Source: an uncultured Nitrospiraceae bacterium
Lineage (GTDB): Bacteria; Nitrospirota; Thermodesulfovibrionia; Thermodesulfovibrionales; Dissulfurispiraceae
Reading direction: 5' to 3'
DNA: 64,000 bases
Assembly: GCA_963705105.1 (NCBI GenBank)
Contig: CAVPIW010000009.1
Location: forward strand, 160,001-224,000
Shown here: positions 50,886-59,922 of the stretch, piece after piece
Layout: each line of letters starts with the position of its first letter
How positions within the stretch are numbered: position 1 is the first letter of the stretch
Made by a program: the position numbers and the translations under genes
Notes under the pieces: generated by a model
Database searches by the model: none
What the model was told of the DNA's origin: nothing
What the model saw: only the letters and a program-made list of their open reading frames with translations

Positions 50886-51079
50886 CTGTAATCTGTGCAT
50901 GTTCGGCCTTTCTTATCGACGGCCAACCGTTGATGGAGAGGGAAGGAGGCAGCGTCTATGACGTAGGGGGATCATGTAGGATTCACATTGGATGAGGAGT
51001 TGACGTATGGAGTCAGTGAATGACGTTTTTATGTTCAACGACACATGCATGGTAGAACTACTACCCCAGGGAGGTTGTC

Positions 51080-51859
51080 ATGAGAAGCTATCTGAAGAAT
51101 GTGTGCTGTGTCATCGCAGCAGTCATCCTCATCGCAGGGTTCGTGGCAGGGTCTGTATCGCAAGTGTATGCGCAGGCTAACCCCCGTGTCATACCGCCGA
51201 ATGCCCATGCGTACGGCATGACGTACGGCGAATGGAGCGCAGAATGGTGGAAATGGCAATTTATCTTACCCTCTGCCGGCCATCCTGCCTTCGATTTCAC
51301 TGGTGAGAACTGCGGTGCGGGACAAGAGGGCAAGGTATGGTTTCTGACAGGCGCGTTTCAGAACGAATTTCCCAACAACGAATTCTTCACAATCGTTCGT
51401 GAGTCGTGCTCCGTGCCGGCCGGCAAGGCCATCTTTTTCCCGATCATCAACAATGAATGCTCGACTTTAGAAGGTTACCCCTGGGACCTGATACTATCAG
51501 GGGAATACCAGAATGTGGACACCTGTGCGGCAAGGTTCTTCGATGGTACTGTTACAGTAGTAAAAGATCTTTCTGTCACAATAGACGGCAGGTCCTTGAA
51601 AAACCTGGAAGCCTACCGTATCCAGTCAGAGGTGTTCACATTTAGTTTGCCCGACGACAACATTCTCGGAATAGATTGCAACACAGCAAATTGTGTTGAT
51701 CCGCTTTCGGTGTCTGATGGCTATTGGATTATGCTCGCACCTCTATCAGTGGGCAAGCATACGATCAGGTTTACCGGTAGCTTCAGATATCCAAACGACG
51801 ATCTAAACTTTGGTTTGGATGTTACGTATGTGCTGACTGTAGTCGGAGGCATGAAGTAG
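51080..51859 (+). CDS. Hypothetical exported Cys-containing protein
   Basis: Signal peptide; YGEWSAEWWKW, VWFLTG, CSVPAGKAIFFPIINNEC, SDGYWIMLAPLSVGKHTIRF. Confidence 0.8.
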   Translation: MRSYLKNVCCVIAAVILIAGFVAGSVSQVYAQANPRVIPPNAHAYGMTYGEWSAEWWKWQFILPSAGHPAFDFTGENCGAGQEGKVWFLTGAFQNEFPNNEFFTIVRESCSVPAGKAIFFPIINNECSTLEGYPWDLILSGEYQNVDTCAARFFDGTVTVVKDLSVTIDGRSLKNLEAYRIQSEVFTFSLPDDNILGIDCNTANCVDPLSVSDGYWIMLAPLSVGKHTIRFTGSFRYPNDDLNFGLDVTYVLTVVGGMK

Positions 51860-52020
51860 TCAGGTGCGAGGTGACTCCGCAAGAGTTCTGATCGAGCCCC
51901 CCAATAAGGCTCCCCGCCGGGAGGCGGGGAGCCGGGGAATACTGAAACAGAGATGTCTTAGAACATGCCCGGCCTTTCTTGTTGACAGAAACGCTGTCGA
52001 TCCAGAAGAAAGGAAGTAGT

Positions 52021-52560
52021 TGATAACGTTCAGGACATCGTTTACTCAAAGAATGGTCACGACATCGTTTATCGCTTTGATCGGATGTATTTTACGATGT
52101 CGTGACTCATCACCAGTTATCGCATTTGATAGTTGTATTCTTCAACCTGGATCTTATCCAGAAAGAGTTTTAATTTTTGCTCTTTGACATCGACAGTAGC
52201 CACGACGTATTCATATTGGGTTTCCGGAGGAGCGGGAAACATTTCCCCAAAAATGTTCAGCCGGCAATCACTTCGGATGAATCGGACGAAGTGGTAGTAA
52301 CCCTCTTCTGGCTTATCCAAGGGGTGCCTGGGGACATCCCTCTTACTCGGGAAGATCAACTTCCTTCGTGTGTCAGTCAAGGCTTTGAGAGGAGTTTTCC
52401 CCTTGATCTTACTATAGCGATACGTGCTGTTATGCCTATGCTCGAACACCAGCGACTCCTGTCGAAGCTGATCCCCGGAGGCCATCTTTACTTTGGCGAG
52501 AAACTTCTGCCCATAGTGGTCATTGAATTTTTCAACGACGCCGTTGCGCCGTCCCTCCCC
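52021..52560 (-). mobile_element. 3' remnant of an IS481-like integrase-core transposase with terminal repeats
   Basis: GVVEKFND...RHN..YRYSKIKGKTP on minus strand; GACATCGTTTA repeated at 52034 and 52061 and inverted near 52094. Confidence 0.6.
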
Positions 52561-52796
52561 ACACCACTACCATGCGGGTCCGCCGACATTGCAATGTTAC
52601 GACCGGAAATCGTGCGTCGGAGCTGATCGCCAGCTTCGAGTGTTAGCGGCTTAACCACGCGTTCACAGCCTGACTGGAAAAGCATTAGTTCGGATCAACT
52701 CCGCAGCGTTATTGAGTTCCCGCCGCACGCGGACTTCTGTGAGAAAATCACTGTCTCTTCATCGCAGAGGGGAAGTAATAAGCCGCAGACATTCGA

Positions 52797-53231
52797 TCAG
52801 CCGACGAGGGGATTGCGGACCTGCAGATCAGGAAAGCGGCCGAAGTCCCTGTCGGCCGTCCACAACTCGGTGACGCCGTGGTGCTTGCATAGAGCGGCAA
52901 CGCGCGTATCGTGAACTTGAGGTCCACAGATCCTCCCGGTTTGAAGAAGGGACCGCAATTGTTGCCAGTAGTCCTCGGATTCCGAGAGAAGCAGAAGGCT
53001 TGGGGATTCCAGCCAGGCGTCAACCTGCGATACGGCAATCTCTATAGGAGTCGGCGGATCGTAGATCCTTGGGTGTGTCACGATAGCAAGAAATTCATGG
53101 ATGCACGGCCATGGTATCGCCCACGGCGCCTGTCCTTCGGCCAGTTCGGAAATGCGGGCATAGGCCGCATCGTGCCATGGAGAGTCTTCGCGATGAGCAT
53201 ACACAAGCAGGTTGGTGTCGACGGCGATCAT
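52797..53231 (-). CDS. VapC PIN-domain toxin
   Basis: IAVDTNLLVYAHR, IHEFLAIVT, VHDTRVAALC, WTADRDF. Confidence 0.92.
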   Translation of the reverse strand: MIAVDTNLLVYAHREDSPWHDAAYARISELAEGQAPWAIPWPCIHEFLAIVTHPRIYDPPTPIEIAVSQVDAWLESPSLLLLSESEDYWQQLRSLLQTGRICGPQVHDTRVAALCKHHGVTELWTADRDFGRFPDLQVRNPLVG

Positions 53232-53473
53232 CCGCCGCGGCCCTCATAGCTCGCATCGCGAAGCCTGGCCCAGGAGGCGCCTTGAAAGTCGGGGTGCAGC
53301 CCTTTGCCTTTGAATGTCGCCTTGCGGAGTCTGAAGCGCTCACGCTGCCTGCGTTCGGAAATGACCCGCCTGAGACCGGCCTCGATAAGGGCTTTCATAG
53401 TTGTGCGCTCCTCCCTGGCCAGCTTTTGCGCTTCTTTGAAAAGGCTATCAGGTATCTGGACGGTCGTCTTCAT
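53228..53473 (-). CDS. VapB-type antitoxin
   Basis: MKTTVQIPDSLFKEAQK.A...TTMKALIEAGLR; overlaps the vapC start. Confidence 0.85.
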   Translation of the reverse strand: MKTTVQIPDSLFKEAQKLAREERTTMKALIEAGLRRVISERRQRERFRLRKATFKGKGLHPDFQGASWARLRDASYEGRGG

Positions 53474-53554
53474 ATGGTTAACAATATCGCTTTATATGGC
53501 AATATGTCAAGGATGACTGGGTGACGGATGTGCCTGTTGACAAGCGGCGCCTTA

Positions 53555-53767
53555 ACCTTATCGTTGCATACGCTTTCCGGAAAGGCGGGGCGTATGCGCC
53601 GAAAACCTTGCTGCGGCGACACCTGTATCAAAAGGAAAGACGAACTATAAGCCAATGGTCGATGACACAAAGAGTGGAATCCTGAAACACGAAAATGACA
53701 ATGCGTATCGTCGCCTTCAGCAAGGCTTTGAGGCGTTTCGCCCCGCCTTTTTGTGCAACTACAGGGT
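53555..53767 (+). repeat. Long-hairpin intergenic repeat, copy 9 (type A)
   Basis: Full termini ACCTTATCGTTGCA / TGCAACTACAGGGT. Confidence 0.92.
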
Positions 53768-53780
53768 TAACAGCACCCCA

Positions 53781-54092
53781 GGGCGTTCCGGGACATCGAG
53801 GGGCGGCAGATCTTCGGGGAGTGGCGGACCCAAGGGGCGTTGCTGACCACGTGGACCTTTCGATCCACATTAGCCTATAATGTGCGAAGCGATCGATGCT
53901 CGTCGGGCGTCTATCAGTTCAGACCGTAAGAGTGAAAGATGAAACGACCTTCCCGAATCTACCCGGCGGAGGACTTCAGATCAAGTCCGATAACGACCTT
54001 CAGGGCAGCGGCCGTTGAGATAGCCCGGCATACGCCTTGTACCACACTGAAAAAGCAAGATTCGATGTCCCTGCGGGGACACGGGACATCGG
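53781..54092 (+). pseudogene. Decayed, internally deleted duplicate of the OMP gene 45818-46648 with its upstream region
   Basis: Matches 45663-45829, then jumps to about 46165-46305. Confidence 0.85.
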
Positions 54093-54132
54093 CTGATAGC
54101 CCCTGTTTTCAGACTCCCCGTCACAGGAGCGT

Positions 54133-54738
54133 GTGATTTCTTGCATGAGAGAAGACGAAAAACTGAGACAGTTGATTGAGGAAGCGGAAAAATCGGGAGC
54201 GACAGAGCTTGCGATTATTTCGACAGGGAGCATCGCCATTGATGACGAACAGACCGTCAGGTGCCTGAAACCGCGATGTGAGAATTACGGGCTGTCAAAG
54301 AGCTGCCCTCCTCACGTGCCGGGAATTTCCGTGTTCAGGAAAAAACTTGAGGACTTCAGTCAGGCGCTCTTCGTGAGAATCGACGTTCCCCCTGAAGTGC
54401 TGTATTCCAGCGACGGCAGGCAGGTCTTTCAACTGCTCCATGAAGTGGTATCCGGCATCGAAAGGAATGCCGTCACCATGGGATTTACAGGCGCACAGGC
54501 GTACGCGGGAGGTTCGTGCAAGAAGATCTTTTGTCATGACCATCCTGAATGCCGGGCCCTTTCGGAGGACGGAGAATGCAGGAATCCTGAATACGCAAGA
54601 CCATCCATGTCGGGATTCGGGATCAGTGTGGCAAAGCTCTATGAGACCGCCGGGTGGACCATGGGAGAAGCGACTCATGACGTCGCGTCAAAGGGAGAAA
54701 AAACGGCAAGCGTGTGCGGCCTGGTGTTGATCTTTTGA
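54133..54738 (+). CDS. DUF2284 Cys-rich metal-binding protein
   Basis: C..PRCENYG.SKSCPP, GGSCK..FC...C, CRNP..ARPSMSGFGI. Confidence 0.85.
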   Translation: MISCMREDEKLRQLIEEAEKSGATELAIISTGSIAIDDEQTVRCLKPRCENYGLSKSCPPHVPGISVFRKKLEDFSQALFVRIDVPPEVLYSSDGRQVFQLLHEVVSGIERNAVTMGFTGAQAYAGGSCKKIFCHDHPECRALSEDGECRNPEYARPSMSGFGISVAKLYETAGWTMGEATHDVASKGEKTASVCGLVLIF

Positions 54739-54916
54739 CCTTCTTTCCGGCAAAAGCAAGGTTCTTCGCAGAAATCATCAGCACCCGGCAGCATTAGCCC
54801 TCTCTGCCCCCGCATGCGGAGAGCACTCCCCCGGACGCAAGGGCGTAAGAGGGATGATCCTTGGCTATTCTCTCCCTGAAATGCTGTCGATTGGTACCGT
54901 GGTCCCGCCCGATTTT

Positions 54917-55112
54917 ACCTTATCGTTGCAATACACTTCCGGGAAAGGCGGGGCGTATGCGCCGAAAACCTTGCTGCGGCGACACCATAACCGTCCCATG
55001 AGGATCATTTCAGGCCGACGGTTAAAGAAGTGAATCTTATACTGACACTCACACTGACACTGACACTGTTTTTCAGAGCGTTTCGCCCCGCCTTACTACG
55101 CAACTGCAAGGT
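54917..55112 (+). repeat. Long-hairpin intergenic repeat, copy 10 (type B, close to copy 4)
   Basis: Inner sequence nearly identical to copy 4 with one extra GACACT unit. Confidence 0.92.
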
Positions 55113-56447
55113 TTATCTTCTTCCCGCTCCGGCAACCAGCCTGTTCGTTTCCATGCGGCAGCTCTGCTCAAAGTCGTCCCTGCGGAGATACCGTCCCGCG
55201 CTGACGGACAACAGGCTCCCCAGTCCCGTGCGGGGGCGTATGATCCTCTTATAGATGGAGCGCAGGGAGTTGAATTTCCTGTACGCATAAATATACCCAT
55301 CAAAGAGCTGTTCTCCCGTCAGTTTCGGATGACTGATGACCACCCGGTTACAGTCATACATATCCCACCGCTCGGTAAGCAGACGGCCCTCAGCCTTGTA
55401 TCGCTCATGAAGCTTGGTTCCCGGTAAGGGGGTGAGAATGTAAAAGTTGGCCAACTCCAGCTTGTTCTTTATCGCAAAATCCACGGTGCGGTCGAAGGCG
55501 GTCTCGTCGTCGTTGTCGAGTCCGAAGATGAAGGAACCGACAAGGTTCACTCCGGCCTTATGCAATATGTCGAAGGCCTCCTCAAACTCGATGGCCTTCC
55601 TGTTCCAGGCCTTGCCCACGTCCGCGAGGTTCTCGGCAGACGGTGATTCAACGCCTATGAACAGCCACCGTAGTCCGGCCCTGATCGCAAGTTTCAGAAG
55701 TTTGGGATTCCTGGCGAGGGTTATGTCTCCCTGGGCGCCGAAGGTCTTCTTCAACGGTATCATCGCTTCAAAAAGCTCCTCTGCGTGCCTGCGGTGCCCG
55801 TATATGTTGTCATCCACAAACTGGATGAAGTCGCCCCTGAGCTGTCTGACCTCCTCAATGACTTCCTCCACTGGTCTCGTCCTGATCCTGCCGCCCCAGA
55901 AGCTCGTCACGGAACAGAAGGCGCAGTCGTGAGGGCACCCCCGTGTGGTCATCACGACGTTCTGCATGGTGTATCCACCAGGCTTCAGAAGATCGCGCCT
56001 GGGGGTGGGAAGCCCGGCGAGGTCATGGAATGATTCCGTCGAATAGATGCTCTGCGTCGTTCCTGACTTGAAGTCCTTCAGGAAACGGGGCCAGCTCACC
56101 TCAGCCTCGCCCACGACCACGGTATCGGCGTGCGCGCCGGCCTCCTCGGGGAAAAGAGATGCGTGGATTCCGCCTATCACGACACAGACTCCTCGCTTGC
56201 GGAACTCGTCACCTATCTGATATGCCCTGAAGGCTGTGGACGTCATGGTTGTAATTCCCACCAGGTCGGCCTGAGCGTCGAAATCGATATCTTCGATGTT
56301 TTCATCGATGATGCGCACCTCGAAATCGCCGTCCGCGTAACCCGCAAGAAGGGGCAGGTTGATCTGGGCCATTGACGAGCGCGTTCGACGTTTCGACCCG
56401 AAACGGTTTTTATCGGGCGAGGGATGGATAAGGAATAGCTTCAGCAT
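55113..56447 (-). CDS. B12-binding radical SAM protein
   Basis: DLVGIT, VVIGGIH, VVVGEAE, TRGCPHDCAFC, FVDDN. Confidence 0.9.
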   Translation of the reverse strand: MLKLFLIHPSPDKNRFGSKRRTRSSMAQINLPLLAGYADGDFEVRIIDENIEDIDFDAQADLVGITTMTSTAFRAYQIGDEFRKRGVCVVIGGIHASLFPEEAGAHADTVVVGEAEVSWPRFLKDFKSGTTQSIYSTESFHDLAGLPTPRRDLLKPGGYTMQNVVMTTRGCPHDCAFCSVTSFWGGRIRTRPVEEVIEEVRQLRGDFIQFVDDNIYGHRRHAEELFEAMIPLKKTFGAQGDITLARNPKLLKLAIRAGLRWLFIGVESPSAENLADVGKAWNRKAIEFEEAFDILHKAGVNLVGSFIFGLDNDDETAFDRTVDFAIKNKLELANFYILTPLPGTKLHERYKAEGRLLTERWDMYDCNRVVISHPKLTGEQLFDGYIYAYRKFNSLRSIYKRIIRPRTGLGSLLSVSAGRYLRRDDFEQSCRMETNRLVAGAGRR

Positions 56448-56457
56448 CCTGGAAGTG

Positions 56458-56817
56458 TTACACGTAGGCAATGGCGATCTCGTATGCAACATGGGCCGGA
56501 CAGGCTTTCGGCTCTACGCCATAGCAATCGAGTTCTCCCGTTCCGGCACAACTGCGGCTTCCGATCATCTCTGTGATGAGCCGGCTCATATCGAACCCTC
56601 CGTTGACACAGTGCTTCGACAAGCAACTCATCTTGAAAAAGGCGAAGCTGGAGGGATGGAACCAGCGATTCCTTACGACCGATCTGATGCCGCGCTGCCA
56701 GTGGGTCATCGTGACGATAATCTTTTCAACCTCAGGAAACTTGTCAGCCAAAGTGCCTGCCTCGCGCTCCTCCTGGATCCATGCCTGCCTTGCCTCTGAA
56801 TGCCTGCTGTTGATCAT
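56458..56817 (-). CDS. Hypothetical Cys-containing small protein
   Basis: RBS GGAGG; FFKMSCLSKHCVNGGFD...GELDC. Confidence 0.65.
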   Translation of the reverse strand: MINSRHSEARQAWIQEEREAGTLADKFPEVEKIIVTMTHWQRGIRSVVRNRWFHPSSFAFFKMSCLSKHCVNGGFDMSRLITEMIGSRSCAGTGELDCYGVEPKACPAHVAYEIAIAYV

Positions 56818-56872
56818 GGTTGCCCTCCGGAAGAGAAGGCCCCTCCCGAGGAAGGGCCTTGTTGTGGGGTGA

Positions 56873-57073
56873 TTAGAGTTTGACGACGTTCGTAGCTTTG
56901 GGGCCTTTCGGACCCTTTTCGATGTCGAAGCTGACCTTGTCACCCTCGGCGAGGCTCTTAAAGCCACTGCCCTGGATGGACGTATGGTGGACAAAAACAT
57001 CAGTCTGATCTTCACTGGTGATGAAGCCGAAACCCTTGCTGTCGTTAAACCACTTCACAGTTCCTTGCGGCAT
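56873..57073 (-). CDS. Cold-shock protein
   Basis: [38 protein letters not shown]. Confidence 0.97.
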   Translation of the reverse strand: MPQGTVKWFNDSKGFGFITSEDQTDVFVHHTSIQGSGFKSLAEGDKVSFDIEKGPKGPKATNVVKL

Positions 57074-57171
57074 GTTGGTTATCTCCTTTTCTTAAACTAA
57101 AATCTCAGAAGCAGCAAACAAAAAAGGGCCACCATATTAAAAGTTTTGTGGCCCGTTATGAACGCAAAAAC

Positions 57172-58639
57172 TCTCCCGCGCCGGCAGTGTCGTGTTCGTC
57201 CTGAGGACCCACTTGCCGTCATACCGTCCCTCCGCCTTGATCTTGTCCTCATCGATCCCGAACCTCTGCCCCGTCGCCTTGAGGTACTTCCGGTACCCCT
57301 TGTTGCCCACCAATGTCTTGTGTCCCTGCTGCAGTTTGTCCCGCAGGGAGGCAACGATACTCTGCCGGTCAAGAGCGTCTTTCTTGGCCTGATCCTCGTT
57401 GTAACAGACGACGTACCGTCTGTCGTCAACACGCACGTCCTTGACTTTCAGCGGTGAGGGCGCTTTGCTGTCCGCACCCTTGGGATACACTTCCTCATAC
57501 CTGCCCGCCCGGCTGAGCACCTCCTGGGTGACCTCTTTCTGTCTCCTCATCCGGGCGCCCAGGATGTACGGGACCTCCCCCGTCTGCAACTCCTTGACCG
57601 TCGCCGCGCTGATCATCCCCCGGTCCGCCACGACACAGACCCGCTGGATCCCAAACCGCTTGCGTAATCTCTCGGTGACGGGAAGAAGGCTCTTGACGTC
57701 CGTCGTGTTGCCCGGCCACAACTCACAGCACAACGGCCGACCCGCGCTGTCGATGATCACACCCACCACCATCTGCAGAAGGTCAGGCCGGTGGTCCTTG
57801 CTGTTGCCCAACTGCCCGATCTCCTCTCCCCCATTTCCTTCAAAATAGATGCTCGTGGTGTCAAAAAACACCAGGGTGAGATCTGTAAACAGGTCCCTCC
57901 GGCGCTCAAAGATCCCTTCTTCGATCAGGTCCTTCGTGCACCGGCAGGCAAAGGGTGTCGCCCCTTCCTGGTCGTCCTCCGGCAACTCCTCCCCTAACCA
58001 TGCCATCGCCCGGTACAGGTGGTGCAGCTCGATCCCCTCCGCCGCCTCAATCCGGTAGTCGTCCTTCCACTTGTCCGCCGCCCTGTCAGAGCCCGATGCG
58101 CTGAGCCGGTGCAGCACCGTCAGATAGATCGCCCTCTCCACGGCAAACTGATACTTCCTCTGCGACAGCACGCGGGTGATCACGTCCGGGATGCCGAGTT
58201 CCTTCCATAGTCGGCCAAACACCAGAGGCAGTCCGATCTTTTGCTGTCCCACAGACGGAACCTCTCCCTTGTCATAGGCATCAAGCAGGGCAAGCTTTTC
58301 TGAAAACCGCGCCCCCGAGCGTACGAGGCTGTCCAAAGCTCCCGATTCCCGGAGTTTATCGACACGCCCCAGGGTGGCGATGACTTTCTGGCGGACCTTG
58401 CCGTTTTCCCATCGGCTTTCAACGATCTGCAGATAGGAGCGGGGGCCGGATGGTTTGATTCTGATGAACATGACATTAATATTATACCCATTCTAATCCC
58501 TATTGGCAAGCTTATAATGGCTATGACGTGGCACTATGTTTTGAGCTTCTTTCCAATTCCTCTCCTCATATCACCCTGTTTCTCATAGATTCTTATGTCT
58601 GATTCGGAGCGCTTTTCGGGTCCAACTGTAGAAGATGGG
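57172..58639 (-). mobile_element. IS1634-family element, 3'-truncated (transposase ORF 58471-57137)
   Basis: YLQIVESRW..GKVRQKVIATLGR, LVFFDTTSIYFEG, GNSKDHRPD, VADRGM; ends after VLRTNTTLPARE without the final catalytic region; probable end CCCATCTTCTACAGTTGG. Confidence 0.85.
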
Positions 58640-58769
58640 TCTAAGACTTATATTTAAAAAATACCACACCCCGACTCAATTTGACAAGGAGCGATACGGA
58701 CCTGCCTGCTGCCGTCGGCACGTCAGCCAGGATCGTCGGGAGAAATGACCGGAAGAATCCGGTGCTTCC

Positions 58770-58820
58770 TTGATTTTGCCGCTCCCATGGGGGATAATTA
58801 TACGAGGAGGAGAAGGCATG
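58770..58820 (+). promoter_or_regulatory. Promoter/RBS block of pgl, duplicated at 63903-63953
   Basis: TTGATT-17-GATAAT...GAGGAGG...ATG; 43/51 identical to the second copy. Confidence 0.7.
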
Positions 58821-59516
58821 CTACAGATCATCGAGGAAAGAGACCAGGACAGGCTTCTGCAGACGGCGGGACTGAAGCTCTGCGAAAAGATCAGGGGGGC
58901 GCTGGCCGCGCGGGAGAGGGTGAATCTGGCGGTGCCGGGCGGACGAAGCGTTGCGAAGATATTCCAGGTGATGCAGCGTGAGCAGCTCGACTGGCAGCGG
59001 GTGCACTTCTTTATCATCGACGAGAGGCTGGTGCCCGTCGATCACCCCGACAGCAACTACAAGCTCCTGCAGGACAATTTCATTACACCCCTGGCTCAGG
59101 CAGGAAGGATCGCCCCCGGCAACGCCCATCCCTTCATCCTGGACCCGGCAAGCGCCGATCGCGGGGCGAAGCGCTATGAGAATGTTCTTGTCGAATACGG
59201 TTTCCGCTATGACATCATCCTCCTGAGCTCCGGCGAGGACGGCCACGTGGGCGCATTGTACCCGCACCATCATTCCGTCGAAAACAGGCACCACGGCTTC
59301 ATCGTAATGAGCGATTCTCCCAAGCCTCCTCCGGAGAGGATGACGTCATCCCTGTCGCTGATGCAGACCGCAGACGTCGCCATGATCCTCTTTACCGGCG
59401 AGGCGAAGCGTGAGGCTTATGAGAAATTCAACGATCCTGCCAGCCCCATCGCCGCCTGCCCGGCGAAGCTGGTGCTGGCGATCAGGGATGTCACAGTATG
59501 TACGGATCTGCTTTAA
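58818..59516 (+). CDS. pgl: 6-phosphogluconolactonase
   Basis: LAVPGGRS, DERLVP.DHPDSN, GEDGHVG.LYP, DSPKPPPERMT, GEAK. Confidence 0.9.
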   Translation: MLQIIEERDQDRLLQTAGLKLCEKIRGALAARERVNLAVPGGRSVAKIFQVMQREQLDWQRVHFFIIDERLVPVDHPDSNYKLLQDNFITPLAQAGRIAPGNAHPFILDPASADRGAKRYENVLVEYGFRYDIILLSSGEDGHVGALYPHHHSVENRHHGFIVMSDSPKPPPERMTSSLSLMQTADVAMILFTGEAKREAYEKFNDPASPIAACPAKLVLAIRDVTVCTDLL

Positions 59517-59616
59517 CCGTATCGTTGCAATCACCCCTGTCAAAAATATTTTGCAGCCGGACTTTGAAAACGAGGATAGGCCTTTTCTTGGTCGCAAAAG
59601 AGAAAACCAAGAATAT

Positions 59617-59645
59617 TCTCACGCAAAGCCGCAAAGAGCGCAAAG
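59617..59645 (+). repeat. Short tandem (CGCAAAG)x3 with 9-nt period
   Basis: TCTCACGCAAAGCCGCAAAGAGCGCAAAG. Confidence 0.6.
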
Positions 59646-59648
59646 TAA

Positions 59649-59862
59649 ACCTTATCGTTGCATACGCCTTCCGGAAAGGCGGGGCGTATGCGCCGAAAAC
59701 CTTGCTGCGGCGACACCTGTATCGAGACAATAGAAGAAATTATAAGCCAATGGTCGATGACACAAAAGATGAATTCCTGAAACACGAAGCTGACAATACG
59801 TATCGTCGCCTTCAGCAAGGCTTTGAGGCGCTTCGCCCCGCCTTTGCATGCAACTGGAAGGT
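59649..59862 (+). repeat. Long-hairpin intergenic repeat, copy 11 (type A)
   Basis: Full termini ACCTTATCGTTGCA / TGCAACTGGAAGGT. Confidence 0.92.
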
Positions 59863-59922
59863 AAAGATAAAGACCTTTACAGGGTTACCTAATTTGTCGC
59901 AAACGCAAAAGGGAGGAGCTAC

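Noticed and set aside
52600..52660. Possible degenerate attC near GTGTTAGCGGC
   Set aside because: No convincing R''/L'' complementary arm could be found.
58688..58735. Weak inverted similarity to 63953-64000
   Set aside because: Only short patches match (GCCGACG, AGGTCC) and the second copy runs off the window.
12701..59862. Hairpin repeats as a CRISPR array or riboswitch
   Set aside because: Copies are kb apart with no repeat-spacer periodicity and no cas genes; orientation is unrelated to downstream genes.
23600..59864. 2-bp target-site duplication around the hairpin elements
   Set aside because: Matches in copies 3, 9, 10 and 11 (TA, TA, TT, AA) but not in 2, 4 or 8; the AT-rich flanks make chance matches likely.
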